NCBI GenBank assembly: GCA_050258995.1
Contig: JBLMZU010000542.1
Location: 1-36,243 of the forward strand
Direction of reading: 5' to 3'
Length of the DNA stretch: 36,243 nucleotides
Source of the DNA: Bacteroidota bacterium
GTDB lineage: Bacteria > Chloroflexota > Anaerolineae > Anaerolineales > Villigracilaceae
Below, in pieces: positions 17,076 through 26,378 of this stretch (positions are counted from its first letter, which is position 1; every line of letters starts with the position of its first letter). Both the position numbers and the translations under genes were made by a program. The notes under the pieces were generated by a model. It had not been told where the DNA came from, searched no databases, and was given only the letters and a program-made list of their open reading frames with translations.

Positions 17076-19037
17076 TTAAGGAATCTGATAGGGTACTTCA
17101 GTGATCACCACACCCGGCGTGGAGAGCAATTCCCTGCGGAGGATTTCGGCCGTCTGCATATGCAGGGCGTTTTGCACCCTTTTTCCGGGGACGAAATGAG
17201 GAACGACAATGGTAATCGTCTCGTTGGGCTGCCGGCTGTTCAGAATTTCATCGATGTAGCCCAGTAGTGGCTCCACAAACAGACGGTAGGGTGAATCCAG
17301 AATGACCAGGCGGGTGCCGCGTCCCCAGGTCTCCCATTTTTTACGGACCTTTTCCGACTCTGCCGGCTCAATGGAAACATGGATGGCCGTTATATCGTCG
17401 GACAGCATGCGTGCATAACGCAGCGCGGCCAGTGTGCCCTGGTGTACATTACTGATCGGGACGAGAACACGGTGGCGGACGTTGTAAGGCGGCGGCTCAC
17501 CGTAGTTTTCCAACGACAGGCTGCTGGCCACGGTCACATAATGTTTGTGGATCCAAAGGAAGATACTCATCAGGATGGGCGTCAGGATCAGGACGACCCA
17601 GGCGCCATCCCCGAACTTGGTGACCGCAAAGACGAGCATCACAATGGCGGTACACAGGGCACCAAACCCATTGCTGAGCATCTTGGTGAACCAGCCCTTT
17701 TCATACTGCAGCTTGCTGCGCGAAACCTCTTTACTAACAGTATTGGATTCCACGGGTGAGAGTCTCCCGGCGCGCCACCAGCGGCGTGCCATGCCAGCCT
17801 GTGCCAGTGTAAAAGATAGAAACACACCAATGGCATAGAGTGGAATCAAGCGGGTCACGCTCGCCTGGAATACGACGATCAAAATGGAGGCCGCCCCCGC
17901 CAGGGACACAATGCCGTAGGAATACACCAGGCGGCTGCCGCGGTATGCCAGCTGGCGTGGCATGAATCCATCCTCTGCCAGCATGGCGCTCAGACGGGGA
18001 AACCCTGCAAAGGCCGTGTTGGCGGCGAGAATGAGGATCACCGTGGTGGCGATGATCAGCAGGATGTATAAAATTCCCTGCCCGTTAAAGACCGTGCGCG
18101 CCAGTTGTGAAATCACCGTTTCTGCTTCGGATGGAACGGCTTCGATTTTCCAGGTCAGGAACGAGATTCCAATGAATAGTATGCCCAGAATGAACGCCAT
18201 CCATATCAATGTAATGCCTGCATTGCGGCTGCGCGGCTCCTTGAAGGCGGTAATACCATTCGAGATGGCCTCCACACCTGTCAAGGCCGTGGTGCCGCTG
18301 GAAAAGGCGTGCAGGAGAAGGAATGGCGTGACGACCGCGACTGCTTCCCCGAAGTGTTCCATCTCGGGGGGATTGATCACATTTCCAAGCGAGCCGCTGA
18401 ACCAGCGGATCAAGCCCAGTCCGATGGTCAGGAGCATCATCCCAATAAAGAAGTAACTGGGAAAGGCAAAGGCTGTCCCGGATTCGCGGACGCCGCGTAG
18501 GTTGATCACCGTGATGAAAGCAACGAATCCGACCGCAATCGGGACCCGGTAGTTAAAAAGCTCGGGATACGCTGAAACAATCTGGGCAACACCGGAGGAG
18601 ATGGATACGGAAACCGTCAGGATGTAGTCGGTGAGCAGCGCGGCGGCAGCCACCAGTGCAGGCATCTTGCCGAAATTATCCGAGGCAACAATATATGCGC
18701 CACCGCCGTTCGGATAGGCATGGATGATCTGCTCGTAGGAGATGACCACAATGGCGAGCAGGCCGACGATGACGATCGAGATGGGAAACACATATCCGAA
18801 GGCGATCGTCCCCGCGGCGGCCAGGATGACAAGGATCTCCTGTGTGGCATAGGCGGTGGACGACAGGGCATCCGATGCGAAGACTGCCAGGCCGACGGCC
18901 TTGCCGATCGTCTGATGAGGGGCATCGGCAGTTTGAAGCGGACGCCCGATTAGATAATGACTAATATTCCGGAGGGGCCTGGTTTTGGTGGTCCGATGAA
19001 TCAGGGATGCATCTTGGTTGTGATCAGGATCAATCAT
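17076..19037 (-). CDS. kimA: KimA/YdaO-like APC-superfamily K+ transporter (copy 2)
   Basis: Same motifs as copy 1 (FASDALSSTAY, ALTGVEAISNG, LIPLYAIGVF). Likely start MIDPDH at 19037, which matches the length of copy 1. Confidence 0.88.
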   Translation of the reverse strand: MIDPDHNQDASLIHRTTKTRPLRNISHYLIGRPLQTADAPHQTIGKAVGLAVFASDALSSTAYATQEILVILAAAGTIAFGYVFPISIVIVGLLAIVVISYEQIIHAYPNGGGAYIVASDNFGKMPALVAAAALLTDYILTVSVSISSGVAQIVSAYPELFNYRVPIAVGFVAFITVINLRGVRESGTAFAFPSYFFIGMMLLTIGLGLIRWFSGSLGNVINPPEMEHFGEAVAVVTPFLLLHAFSSGTTALTGVEAISNGITAFKEPRSRNAGITLIWMAFILGILFIGISFLTWKIEAVPSEAETVISQLARTVFNGQGILYILLIIATTVILILAANTAFAGFPRLSAMLAEDGFMPRQLAYRGSRLVYSYGIVSLAGAASILIVVFQASVTRLIPLYAIGVFLSFTLAQAGMARRWWRAGRLSPVESNTVSKEVSRSKLQYEKGWFTKMLSNGFGALCTAIVMLVFAVTKFGDGAWVVLILTPILMSIFLWIHKHYVTVASSLSLENYGEPPPYNVRHRVLVPISNVHQGTLAALRYARMLSDDITAIHVSIEPAESEKVRKKWETWGRGTRLVILDSPYRLFVEPLLGYIDEILNSRQPNETITIVVPHFVPGKRVQNALHMQTAEILRRELLSTPGVVITEVPYQIP

Positions 19038-19319
19038 ATAAGTATGGGCACAGCCTTCGTTAGTAATTTTGAAGGTAATTTTAATATAAGCTGTATCGAT
19101 TTTAGGAATGCACTGTTTATTTGCATCATCCTGCCTGCCCGGCAGCATCCCCCGTCTTGCGCGCATCGATAACCGTTTTTCGATCTCTCGTGTTTACGGC
19201 CGGTTCTTCGTGATCCAAGTGGCCTCCTTTCTGCGTTGGTTAACGAGGGACTGCAACATCTCGTCACTCAGCCAGGATAAACAGCGATATTCCAAAAAGG
19301 TATAATGAAATCGGCAAAT

Positions 19320-20774
19320 ATGCGCAGCTCCGCTCTTATTTCCCGTTCATGGCAATATCTGCTTGCATTCAGTCTGATCGCGTTCGTGACGGCGATTTTT
19401 TTCGTGCTGCAGGACGTACTCGATACGACCCTGATTGCCATGCTGTATTTACTGCCCTTGGGCGTCATTACGGCCTTATGGGGGCTTGGACCAGGAATTA
19501 GCAGTGCCGTAATGACGTTTTTTGCCCTGAATTATTTCTTTATCGAGCCCTATTACTCACTCAAAGTTCATCAGCCCGGAGAAATTGTCATCCTGGTGGT
19601 GTTCCTGCTTGTGGCAGTTGTGATCAGCCAGCTGGTCGGGCAGGCCCGGGCGGGTCTGGCCGCGGCCCGGGCCAGTGAGCGGGAAGCCACCCGACTCTAT
19701 GAGCTTAGCACCGCGCTGACGGGCCTGCATGATGACCGGACCATTGCACAAATCCTTGCCAGACAGATCCAGGATGTGTCGCGAAGCGAGTACGTTGAGG
19801 TGGGCATCGCCGGTCCTTCTCTCTTTGTGTACCGTCTGCCTGAAATTACCCGGCCGGCGCGTCCGCCCGAATTGATCGTTCCGATCGATGCAGCGCGAGG
19901 CATGCTCGGGGAGATCCGGCTTTGGAGGGAGGAGCCGGTCATCCCGACCGGTGAGAGACGACTGCTGCAGACCTTTGCAAGCCAGGGTGCGCTGGCCCTC
20001 GAACGCGCCCGGCTGGACCAGGCAGAGTCCCGGGCAAAGGTGCTGGAGGAGAGCGACCGGCTGAAGTCTGCGATTTTGTCCTCCGTGTCCCATGAATTGC
20101 GCACTCCGCTTTCCACCATCAAAGCTGCCTCCTCCAGCTTGCGCAGCGGGGAGGTCAGCTGGGAATCCACCGCCTGTACGGAACTGATTGCTGCCATTGA
20201 CGATGCAGCCGACCATCTCAATCTGCTGGTCGGGAATTTGCTTGATATCTCGCGCATCGAATCCGGTGCCCTTAGACCAAAACGTGAATGGAATATCCTG
20301 GCCGAGATCGTTGAGAGCGTGCTCGAGCGCATGAAGAACCACACGATCGAGCATACGGTCGATGTCGACATCCCCGAAACCCTGCCCCTGGTGCCTGTGG
20401 ATTATGTGCAGCTTCAACAGGTGTTTACAAATCTGTTCAGTAACAGTTTGAAGTATGCTCCTGCCCATACAACAATCAGTGTTCGCGCATGGCAGGCGGG
20501 GGAGCAGGTCCGTGTTCAGGTGAGCAACAAGGGACCGCAAATTCCCCGGCAGGATTTGGAGAGAATCTTCGACAAGTTCTACCGTACTACAGCTGCGGAA
20601 CGAGTAACAGGCACCGGCCTGGGACTTTCCATCTGCAAGGGAATCATTGAAGCCCACGGCGGACGCATCTGGGCTGAAAACATCCCCGATGGGCTGGCGT
20701 TCAATTTCGTCTTTCCTCTTACCTGGGATGGCGTACCGCCGCCTCAATTTTCACCGGAGTCAGAGACTGAATGA
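19320..20774 (+). CDS. kdpD: KdpD-like sensor histidine kinase (DUF4118 TM + GAF + HisKA + HATPase) lacking the N-terminal KdpD/Usp domains
   Basis: AMLYLL..., FFFIEPYYS-type DUF4118 TM block, LSSVSHELRTPL, NLLDISRIESG, GTGLGLSIC. Start is 19305 or 19320; TATAAT at 19301-19306 favours 19320. Confidence 0.82.
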   Translation: MRSSALISRSWQYLLAFSLIAFVTAIFFVLQDVLDTTLIAMLYLLPLGVITALWGLGPGISSAVMTFFALNYFFIEPYYSLKVHQPGEIVILVVFLLVAVVISQLVGQARAGLAAARASEREATRLYELSTALTGLHDDRTIAQILARQIQDVSRSEYVEVGIAGPSLFVYRLPEITRPARPPELIVPIDAARGMLGEIRLWREEPVIPTGERRLLQTFASQGALALERARLDQAESRAKVLEESDRLKSAILSSVSHELRTPLSTIKAASSSLRSGEVSWESTACTELIAAIDDAADHLNLLVGNLLDISRIESGALRPKREWNILAEIVESVLERMKNHTIEHTVDVDIPETLPLVPVDYVQLQQVFTNLFSNSLKYAPAHTTISVRAWQAGEQVRVQVSNKGPQIPRQDLERIFDKFYRTTAAERVTGTGLGLSICKGIIEAHGGRIWAENIPDGLAFNFVFPLTWDGVPPPQFSPESETE

Positions 20775-21466
20775 GCAATGCACCTCACATTCTTGTCATC
20801 GATGATGAGCCGCAAATCTTGCGCGCCATGCGCACAATCCTGACGGAGAAGGAATTCCGGGTTACCACTGCCTCCCGGGGAGAGGAAGGCCTGACTCTTG
20901 CAGCTGCCCAGGAACCCGACCTGATCGTTCTGGACCTGGGTTTGCCTGACATGGACGGTACCGTTGTTTGTCAGCGCCTCCGCGAATGGACACAGGTTCC
21001 GATCATCATCCTGTCGGTGCGCGATAGCGAGCGGGACAAGGTCGCGGCCCTGGACATCGGAGCGGACGATTACCTGACCAAACCATTCGGGATCGAAGAA
21101 CTGCTGGCCCGGGTGCGGGTGGCGCTGCGTCATTCCGCCAGCCGGAAGGGCGAGCAAAACAAGGTGGTCAAGGCAGGTCCCATCACGATCGATCTTGCAT
21201 GGCATATCGTGAAACGCGATGAGGAAGAGGTGAAATTGACAGGCACGGAATACAAGCTGCTTGCCTACCTGGCTGCCAATCACGGCCGGGTGCTCACACA
21301 CCAGAGCATCCTCACCCATGTCTGGGGACCTGCGGATGCAGATCACACCGAGTACCTGCGCGTGTACATGAGACAGCTGCGTAAAAAACTGGAAGTGGAT
21401 CCCGAACGCCCGAAATATATCCTCACCGAGCCCGGCATCGGTTATCGCTTTCTGGCCGACGTATAA
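20771..21466 (+). CDS. kdpE: KdpE-like OmpR-family response regulator
   Basis: ILVIDDEPQI, LDLGLPDMDG, KVAALDIGADDYLTKPF, YLRVYMRQLRKKLE, TEPGIGYRF; ATGA overlap with kdpD. Confidence 0.9.
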   Translation: MSNAPHILVIDDEPQILRAMRTILTEKEFRVTTASRGEEGLTLAAAQEPDLIVLDLGLPDMDGTVVCQRLREWTQVPIIILSVRDSERDKVAALDIGADDYLTKPFGIEELLARVRVALRHSASRKGEQNKVVKAGPITIDLAWHIVKRDEEEVKLTGTEYKLLAYLAANHGRVLTHQSILTHVWGPADADHTEYLRVYMRQLRKKLEVDPERPKYILTEPGIGYRFLADV

Positions 21467-21532
21467 CGGTGCCGCGGGACAGCCTGGTCCTGACTCATGC
21501 AGGAGAGGGGCTGTTGCCTCTCTAATGAACGC

Positions 21533-21560
21533 AGAGCCTCCCGGTTCAGGAGGCTCTTTT
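21533..21560 (+). terminator. Rho-independent terminator after kdpE, between convergent genes
   Basis: AGAGCCTCC-CGGTTCA-GGAGGCTCT followed by TTT. Confidence 0.8.
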
Positions 21561-21589
21561 GATGCAGAAATATTTCGGTCAGGGGGCTT

Positions 21590-24500
21590 TCACATGGCTT
21601 TGGGCTGCACGAGTGGAATCTGCAAATAAAAGGTGCTGCCCTTTCCCAGCTCGCTTTCCACCCAGACCTTGCCGCTATGGCGCTCGGCAATGGATTTGAC
21701 GATGGCCAGCCCGAGCCCGGTGCCGCGCTGGGCGAGCGCCTCCCGGTTCGTGCCCCGGAAGAATTTTTCGAACAGGCGCGGCCGGTCGCTTTCCGGAATC
21801 CCGATGCCGCTGTCACGGATGGCAAAGGTCAGGGATGTGGGCGCGCATTGCAGTTGCGTGGTCACCACCCCGTTTTCAGTGGTGTATTTGATTGCGTTCT
21901 CCACCAGGTTATAAAGGGCCTGGTGCAGCAGAGCCTGGTCTGCTTCGACGGCGTGCGGCAGATCGCGCGGGATCTCCACACCCAGTGAGATGTTCTTCTG
22001 CTTGGCTTGGTATTGCAACTCACTCGTCACCTGCTCGACGATATCCAGCACGGGAATGCTCTCCACCTGCAGCCCGACGCCAAAGTCGATGCGTCCCAGG
22101 TCGAGCAGGTTGTTGACGAGCTTGGCCATGTTGTCCACGCCCTGCTGGATCATGCGGGCGTAGTTTTTCTGCTGCTCGTTCAATTCCCCGGCCATTTCGA
22201 GCATGGAGGCGTAGCCGCGCATCAGGGTCAGCGGCGAGCGAAGATCATGGCTGACGGTGGAAACGAATTCCGATTTCAGCGTGTCGATCTGCTTGAGCTG
22301 GGAGACATCCCGCAGGATGCAGACGCGCCCCACGGTGCGCCCGTCGGCGGTCATGGCGGAGGCCATTGCCAGGTAGGTCTTGCCATCCGGCATGGGGACC
22401 TCTGCCGAGCGCCGCTCGCTGTTCGAGGTGGTCAGCAGCTCGTTCAGGGCCCTGACCTGGATGGTCTTTTCGATGAACGGGTGATCGTCCTTCCCGATCC
22501 TGACATCGAAGACCTGGGCCGCGGCCGGGTTCGCCAGGATGAGCCGGTTCCCCGCATCGGTGACCAGGACAGGGTCCGGGGTGGAATTGAGGATCGCCTC
22601 CAACTGGCGGCGGCTTACTTCCACCGTCAGGTACAGGCGGATGTTCGTCACGGCCAGCGCGGCCTGCCCGGCCAGCGTGCTGATGAACTGCAGCTCGGCC
22701 TCGGTGAAGAAATGCTGCTTGTTGTAGGCGGCCCAGAGCACGCCGTAATAGCGCTTTTCATTTCGCAGCCCGACCGCGACCAGAGATTCGGGATGAGTCA
22801 GGTTCGGGTCCAGGATCAGGCCGCGGCTGCGCGAGACCGTGACCATGGATATCCGGTCCTGTTTTTCGGCCAGGGCCAGGAACTGGTGATCCAGGTGCTT
22901 GTACAGATCCTGCTCGGGTCCATCCGAAAAGCGGACCGGGGCCGAGGCGGCGCTCGGGAAGATATCGCGCACCAGCACGATGGAGGCGGAGCTCGCCCCG
23001 TTCGCAATGATCGCCTCCAGGACGGGACGCAGCGCATCGCCCGGCGTCAAACTGGAGGCCACTCCCTGACTGGCGACCAATAGGCGGTTCAGATCCTGCA
23101 TACGGGCCTGCAGGTTCACGCGCATCTGCTCGAATGCATGAGTCAAATCGCTGATCTCGTCCTCGCCTTTGACCGTCAGCGGCCGGTCGAGCTTGCCGGT
23201 TGCCAGGTACTTTGCGTCGGCCGCCAGTCCCTGCAGGGAGCCGGTAACCACGCGCAGGTTCACGCGCAGGAAGAGCAAAGCGACCAGTCCCAGCAGGATG
23301 ATCATCAGGGAGATGGGCAGGGCGATGTCAATCGCAAGCTGCTGGGCGGCCTGGGCGGGGATCGAGAGAATAACCGCCCAGGGATGACCATCCACCGGCT
23401 GGTAATATGTCAGTTGCCGTGTGCCGACCGAATCGGTCTCAGCCAGGAAGGCAGGCTGGTCGCTGTGCTGGCCTTCGTAGTTTTGCCAGGTGTGCGTGCC
23501 CTGGGAGTCGTACACCACCACGCCGTCGGCTGTTAACAGTCCCTGGCCTTTCATCCCGGCAAGGTTGTTGAGAGTGCCGATAAGCGAACGAGTGTATGGG
23601 TTGGAGCCAAGGTCCGTGCGGCCGATCAAAACCAGCTGTGACTGTGGTATGCCGGCCAGGAAGGAAACGCCCGCAGCAGCCCCCTCATTCGCAGGCGGCA
23701 CGGTGTAGACCTGGCTTGAAACTCCCTGCCCAATGAGCGTCAGGCCATCCTCCTCCGGCCGGGTGAGCACAAAAGCCGGATCGGACGGATAGGCAGCCAG
23801 TACCGAGCCGCTGGATGCATCCACGACGACAAGCTGGTTAAAGAACGGGACCGATTGAATTCTTTCCTGCAGCACATTTGCCAGGCTGGCATTCGGGTCC
23901 TGGAAGCGGGAGTCCGTGGAGATCTGTGACGCCAGGTTCTGGCCCGTCTCCAGGAAGAACGGGACATTCTGGGATGCCAGCTGTGCCAGGCTTTGGAGCC
24001 GGTCCTTCAACAGGTTGCGTGCGGCCCTCCCGGCGACGAGCCAGTCGCCGACCAGGAGCGTGATTAGCAGGAGAACAATGATCGTGCCTGTTCCCCACAT
24101 AAAACGCGTCTCGATGCTTTTTTCCGCGGGTGAAGGCTGTAACGGACCGTTCCCTCCCCAGAGACGGGGAGAAGTGGAGGAGAAAATTTGTGCAACCAGG
24201 CCGGCGACGAGCACTTCTCCAAGGAAGGCCAGGCTGCTGACGACCAGATTACTAAAGGAATAATCCAGGCGCTGGCTGACCGAGGCGGTGCCCCAGGCAG
24301 TGAAGAACGCGCCCAGCACGAACAGCAGGGCATGGACGATCACCAGGCAGAGCGCACTGAGAAGGGGAATTCTTAACCAGCGAAAGAAAGTTGTACGGTA
24401 GCGCTGGCGGTTCGCCACGGCAAACAGGGTTGCCATCAGTCCCAGCTCGATCATGGTGAAAAAGCTGTGGGTTTCCCAGATCCCGCTCACGAGACCACTC

Positions 24501-24853
24501 AGCAGACCCACGCCGGCGGCGGCGAAAGGACCCAGGAATCCGCCGGCCAGCATCCAGGGGATGGCGGCGAGGACCATCATGGTCGACCCTGTCGCATCTG
24601 CGGGCAGACCGGGGAGAGGCAGGGCACTCGCGTTGGTGATCTTGATGCCGAAGAATAATGAGGTAAGAGGAGCAGAAACGATCAAAGCAACCAGGATCCC
24701 CCAGTTTCGAGCGCTCCAGGCGGGCTGGTATCTGCGCCAGCCGATCAGCAGCACCACAAGCAGGCCTGCCAGGCCCAGCCAGACCATCCACCCCGCAAGC
24801 GAGAGGGGATTCAGGTAGGGAAGGCCGCCCAGCAACGTCGTCACGAACTGCAT
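21590..24853 (-). CDS. Large orphan membrane sensor histidine kinase (multi-TM, dCache-like, HAMP, GAF, PAS, HisKA, HATPase)
   Basis: About 7-8 hydrophobic N-terminal segments, HAMP (GEDEISDLTHAFEQM), GAF (TLAGQAALAV.N), PAS (ILNSTPDPVLVTD...NPAA), VSHDLRSPL, NAIKYT, GTGLGL. Confidence 0.9.
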   Translation of the reverse strand: MQFVTTLLGGLPYLNPLSLAGWMVWLGLAGLLVVLLIGWRRYQPAWSARNWGILVALIVSAPLTSLFFGIKITNASALPLPGLPADATGSTMMVLAAIPWMLAGGFLGPFAAAGVGLLSGLVSGIWETHSFFTMIELGLMATLFAVANRQRYRTTFFRWLRIPLLSALCLVIVHALLFVLGAFFTAWGTASVSQRLDYSFSNLVVSSLAFLGEVLVAGLVAQIFSSTSPRLWGGNGPLQPSPAEKSIETRFMWGTGTIIVLLLITLLVGDWLVAGRAARNLLKDRLQSLAQLASQNVPFFLETGQNLASQISTDSRFQDPNASLANVLQERIQSVPFFNQLVVVDASSGSVLAAYPSDPAFVLTRPEEDGLTLIGQGVSSQVYTVPPANEGAAAGVSFLAGIPQSQLVLIGRTDLGSNPYTRSLIGTLNNLAGMKGQGLLTADGVVVYDSQGTHTWQNYEGQHSDQPAFLAETDSVGTRQLTYYQPVDGHPWAVILSIPAQAAQQLAIDIALPISLMIILLGLVALLFLRVNLRVVTGSLQGLAADAKYLATGKLDRPLTVKGEDEISDLTHAFEQMRVNLQARMQDLNRLLVASQGVASSLTPGDALRPVLEAIIANGASSASIVLVRDIFPSAASAPVRFSDGPEQDLYKHLDHQFLALAEKQDRISMVTVSRSRGLILDPNLTHPESLVAVGLRNEKRYYGVLWAAYNKQHFFTEAELQFISTLAGQAALAVTNIRLYLTVEVSRRQLEAILNSTPDPVLVTDAGNRLILANPAAAQVFDVRIGKDDHPFIEKTIQVRALNELLTTSNSERRSAEVPMPDGKTYLAMASAMTADGRTVGRVCILRDVSQLKQIDTLKSEFVSTVSHDLRSPLTLMRGYASMLEMAGELNEQQKNYARMIQQGVDNMAKLVNNLLDLGRIDFGVGLQVESIPVLDIVEQVTSELQYQAKQKNISLGVEIPRDLPHAVEADQALLHQALYNLVENAIKYTTENGVVTTQLQCAPTSLTFAIRDSGIGIPESDRPRLFEKFFRGTNREALAQRGTGLGLAIVKSIAERHSGKVWVESELGKGSTFYLQIPLVQPKAM

Positions 24854-24861
24854 ATGGAGGG

Positions 24862-24867
24862 ATTATA
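24862..24867 (-). promoter_or_regulatory. -10 element (TATAAT) 8 nt upstream of the kinase ATG; probable leaderless promoter
   Basis: Minus strand GCTATAAT-CCCTCCAT-ATG with no SD. Confidence 0.55.
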
Positions 24868-24991
24868 GCGTTAATCCGCCGGTACAGAGTGCCGCACAAT
24901 TTACTAAATTGAAATTTGATTTTTGATCTGTCTGCCGACAAATGGGGTCCATTTGTTCAAGAGGCGGTACGAGCGTGACTCGAACTGATGA

Positions 24992-25717
24992 TCATGTAGG
25001 GGAATTGTAGTTGCCGCGATAGGATTCGGGCAGCATGGACGCCAGCGTTTCCATGATCTGGCGGGTGCCATCCTGCAGCCTTGTGCGCCGGTTGGACGAT
25101 TCCTGCAGAATGAAGGGTTTCCCCACGGTAAACGTGACCGGGGTCCGTTTGAATTTTTTGATATTGGAATAGATGCGCTCGTTCTCGGTGCCGGTCATGA
25201 CAATCGGCACGATCGGCACCCTGGCCTTGAGGGCAATAAAGGCAGCGCCGTCATTGCCGTCCTCGAGCGCGCCGGTGGCCGACTCGCGTCCCTCCGGTGC
25301 GATCCCGATCACGCGCCCTTCGGCGAGTCCATCCAGGACGGCATGCAGTGCCCGGCGGTCCGGCTGGCCGCGATGGATCCAGATCACACCAAAGGCGCGA
25401 AAAATGCGTCCAACGAGCGGGTGTTCATGCAGCTCGATCTTTGCCAGGGGGTCGATCGGATAGGGAATGGAAGCACCGATTAACACCGCGTCGGCATCCC
25501 CAAGATGATTGATGATGATCAGCGCAGGTCCCTTTTTGGGAAAGTTTTCCATGCCCTTCACCGTGGATTTCATCGTGAAGAGGGCGATGAGCCATAACAT
25601 CGATTGTGCAAAGTGACGGAAGATCCGCCGCGCCAGTGTGAGACGCGGCAAACCGACCCACTCGGGCCGCCAAAATTCGGTGACAGGCTTAGGATGGGAG
25701 GATGGCTGATTCTGCAT
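24992..25717 (-). CDS. PlsC-family lysophospholipid acyltransferase
   Basis: HX4D motif NHLGDAD, APEGRES, PIVPI. Likely start MQNQPS at 25717. Confidence 0.88.
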   Translation of the reverse strand: MQNQPSSHPKPVTEFWRPEWVGLPRLTLARRIFRHFAQSMLWLIALFTMKSTVKGMENFPKKGPALIIINHLGDADAVLIGASIPYPIDPLAKIELHEHPLVGRIFRAFGVIWIHRGQPDRRALHAVLDGLAEGRVIGIAPEGRESATGALEDGNDGAAFIALKARVPIVPIVMTGTENERIYSNIKKFKRTPVTFTVGKPFILQESSNRRTRLQDGTRQIMETLASMLPESYRGNYNSPT

Positions 25718-26378
25718 ACGCTCCACGATATTCAACGGGCAGCAAACCCGCGAGATGACGCATGACGAGGTCCGTGTTGTATTGCCGTGCCTTATGTCTT
25801 TCTGTCCCTGTGGCTGTGATCTTGGGGAGCATAATGGGCCTGCCGATTCGAATCTCGAGCGGGGGCCGCTCGCCGCGTTTGGCACGCTGCCAGAAATCCT
25901 CCGTGGTGCCCACCAGACCAACTGGCACCACAGGTACACCTGTCTTTTCAGTCAAATACGCAACACCCGGCTTGGCCTGATGCATACCAGGGACGTGCGA
26001 GCGCGAGCCTTCCGGTGAGATTAGTAATGGATAACCTGCTTCAAGGATCCTCACCATTTTCGTCAGCAGGGGGCGATCATAATCGCCGCGGTGGACAGGG
26101 AGGACGCCATAGGCTTTCAGGATCTGTCCCTGGAAGGGCTTGTCGAAGACGTCAATCGCGCCGATCACCTCCAGCGGTCCGGGCCAGAAGCAGCCGGCCA
26201 GCGGCGGATCGAAAATGGAAACATGGTTCATGGCTGCTATACACGGCCGGCCACGCGGAATGTTTTCCCTGCCGCTGATCCTCACACGTCCCAGGGTGCG
26301 AAAAAGAAATCGGAAGACTGCTTTCAAAACCGGACGACTGATTTTATAGCGCAGGGGAACCTGATATGCCTCACTCAT
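25689..26378 (-). CDS. PlsC-family lysophospholipid acyltransferase
   Basis: NHVSIFD, SPEGSRS, PVVPVG; ATGA overlap with the cmk stop. Confidence 0.9.
   Translation of the reverse strand: MSEAYQVPLRYKISRPVLKAVFRFLFRTLGRVRISGRENIPRGRPCIAAMNHVSIFDPPLAGCFWPGPLEVIGAIDVFDKPFQGQILKAYGVLPVHRGDYDRPLLTKMVRILEAGYPLLISPEGSRSHVPGMHQAKPGVAYLTEKTGVPVVPVGLVGTTEDFWQRAKRGERPPLEIRIGRPIMLPKITATGTERHKARQYNTDLVMRHLAGLLPVEYRGAYAESAILPS

Noticed and set aside
19038-19319. ydaO/c-di-AMP riboswitch expected upstream of kimA
   Set aside because: I could not find the conserved GCUGAAUC...GGGGAAC...CCCGUCAGCUAAC elements on either strand by eye; an Infernal scan would settle it.
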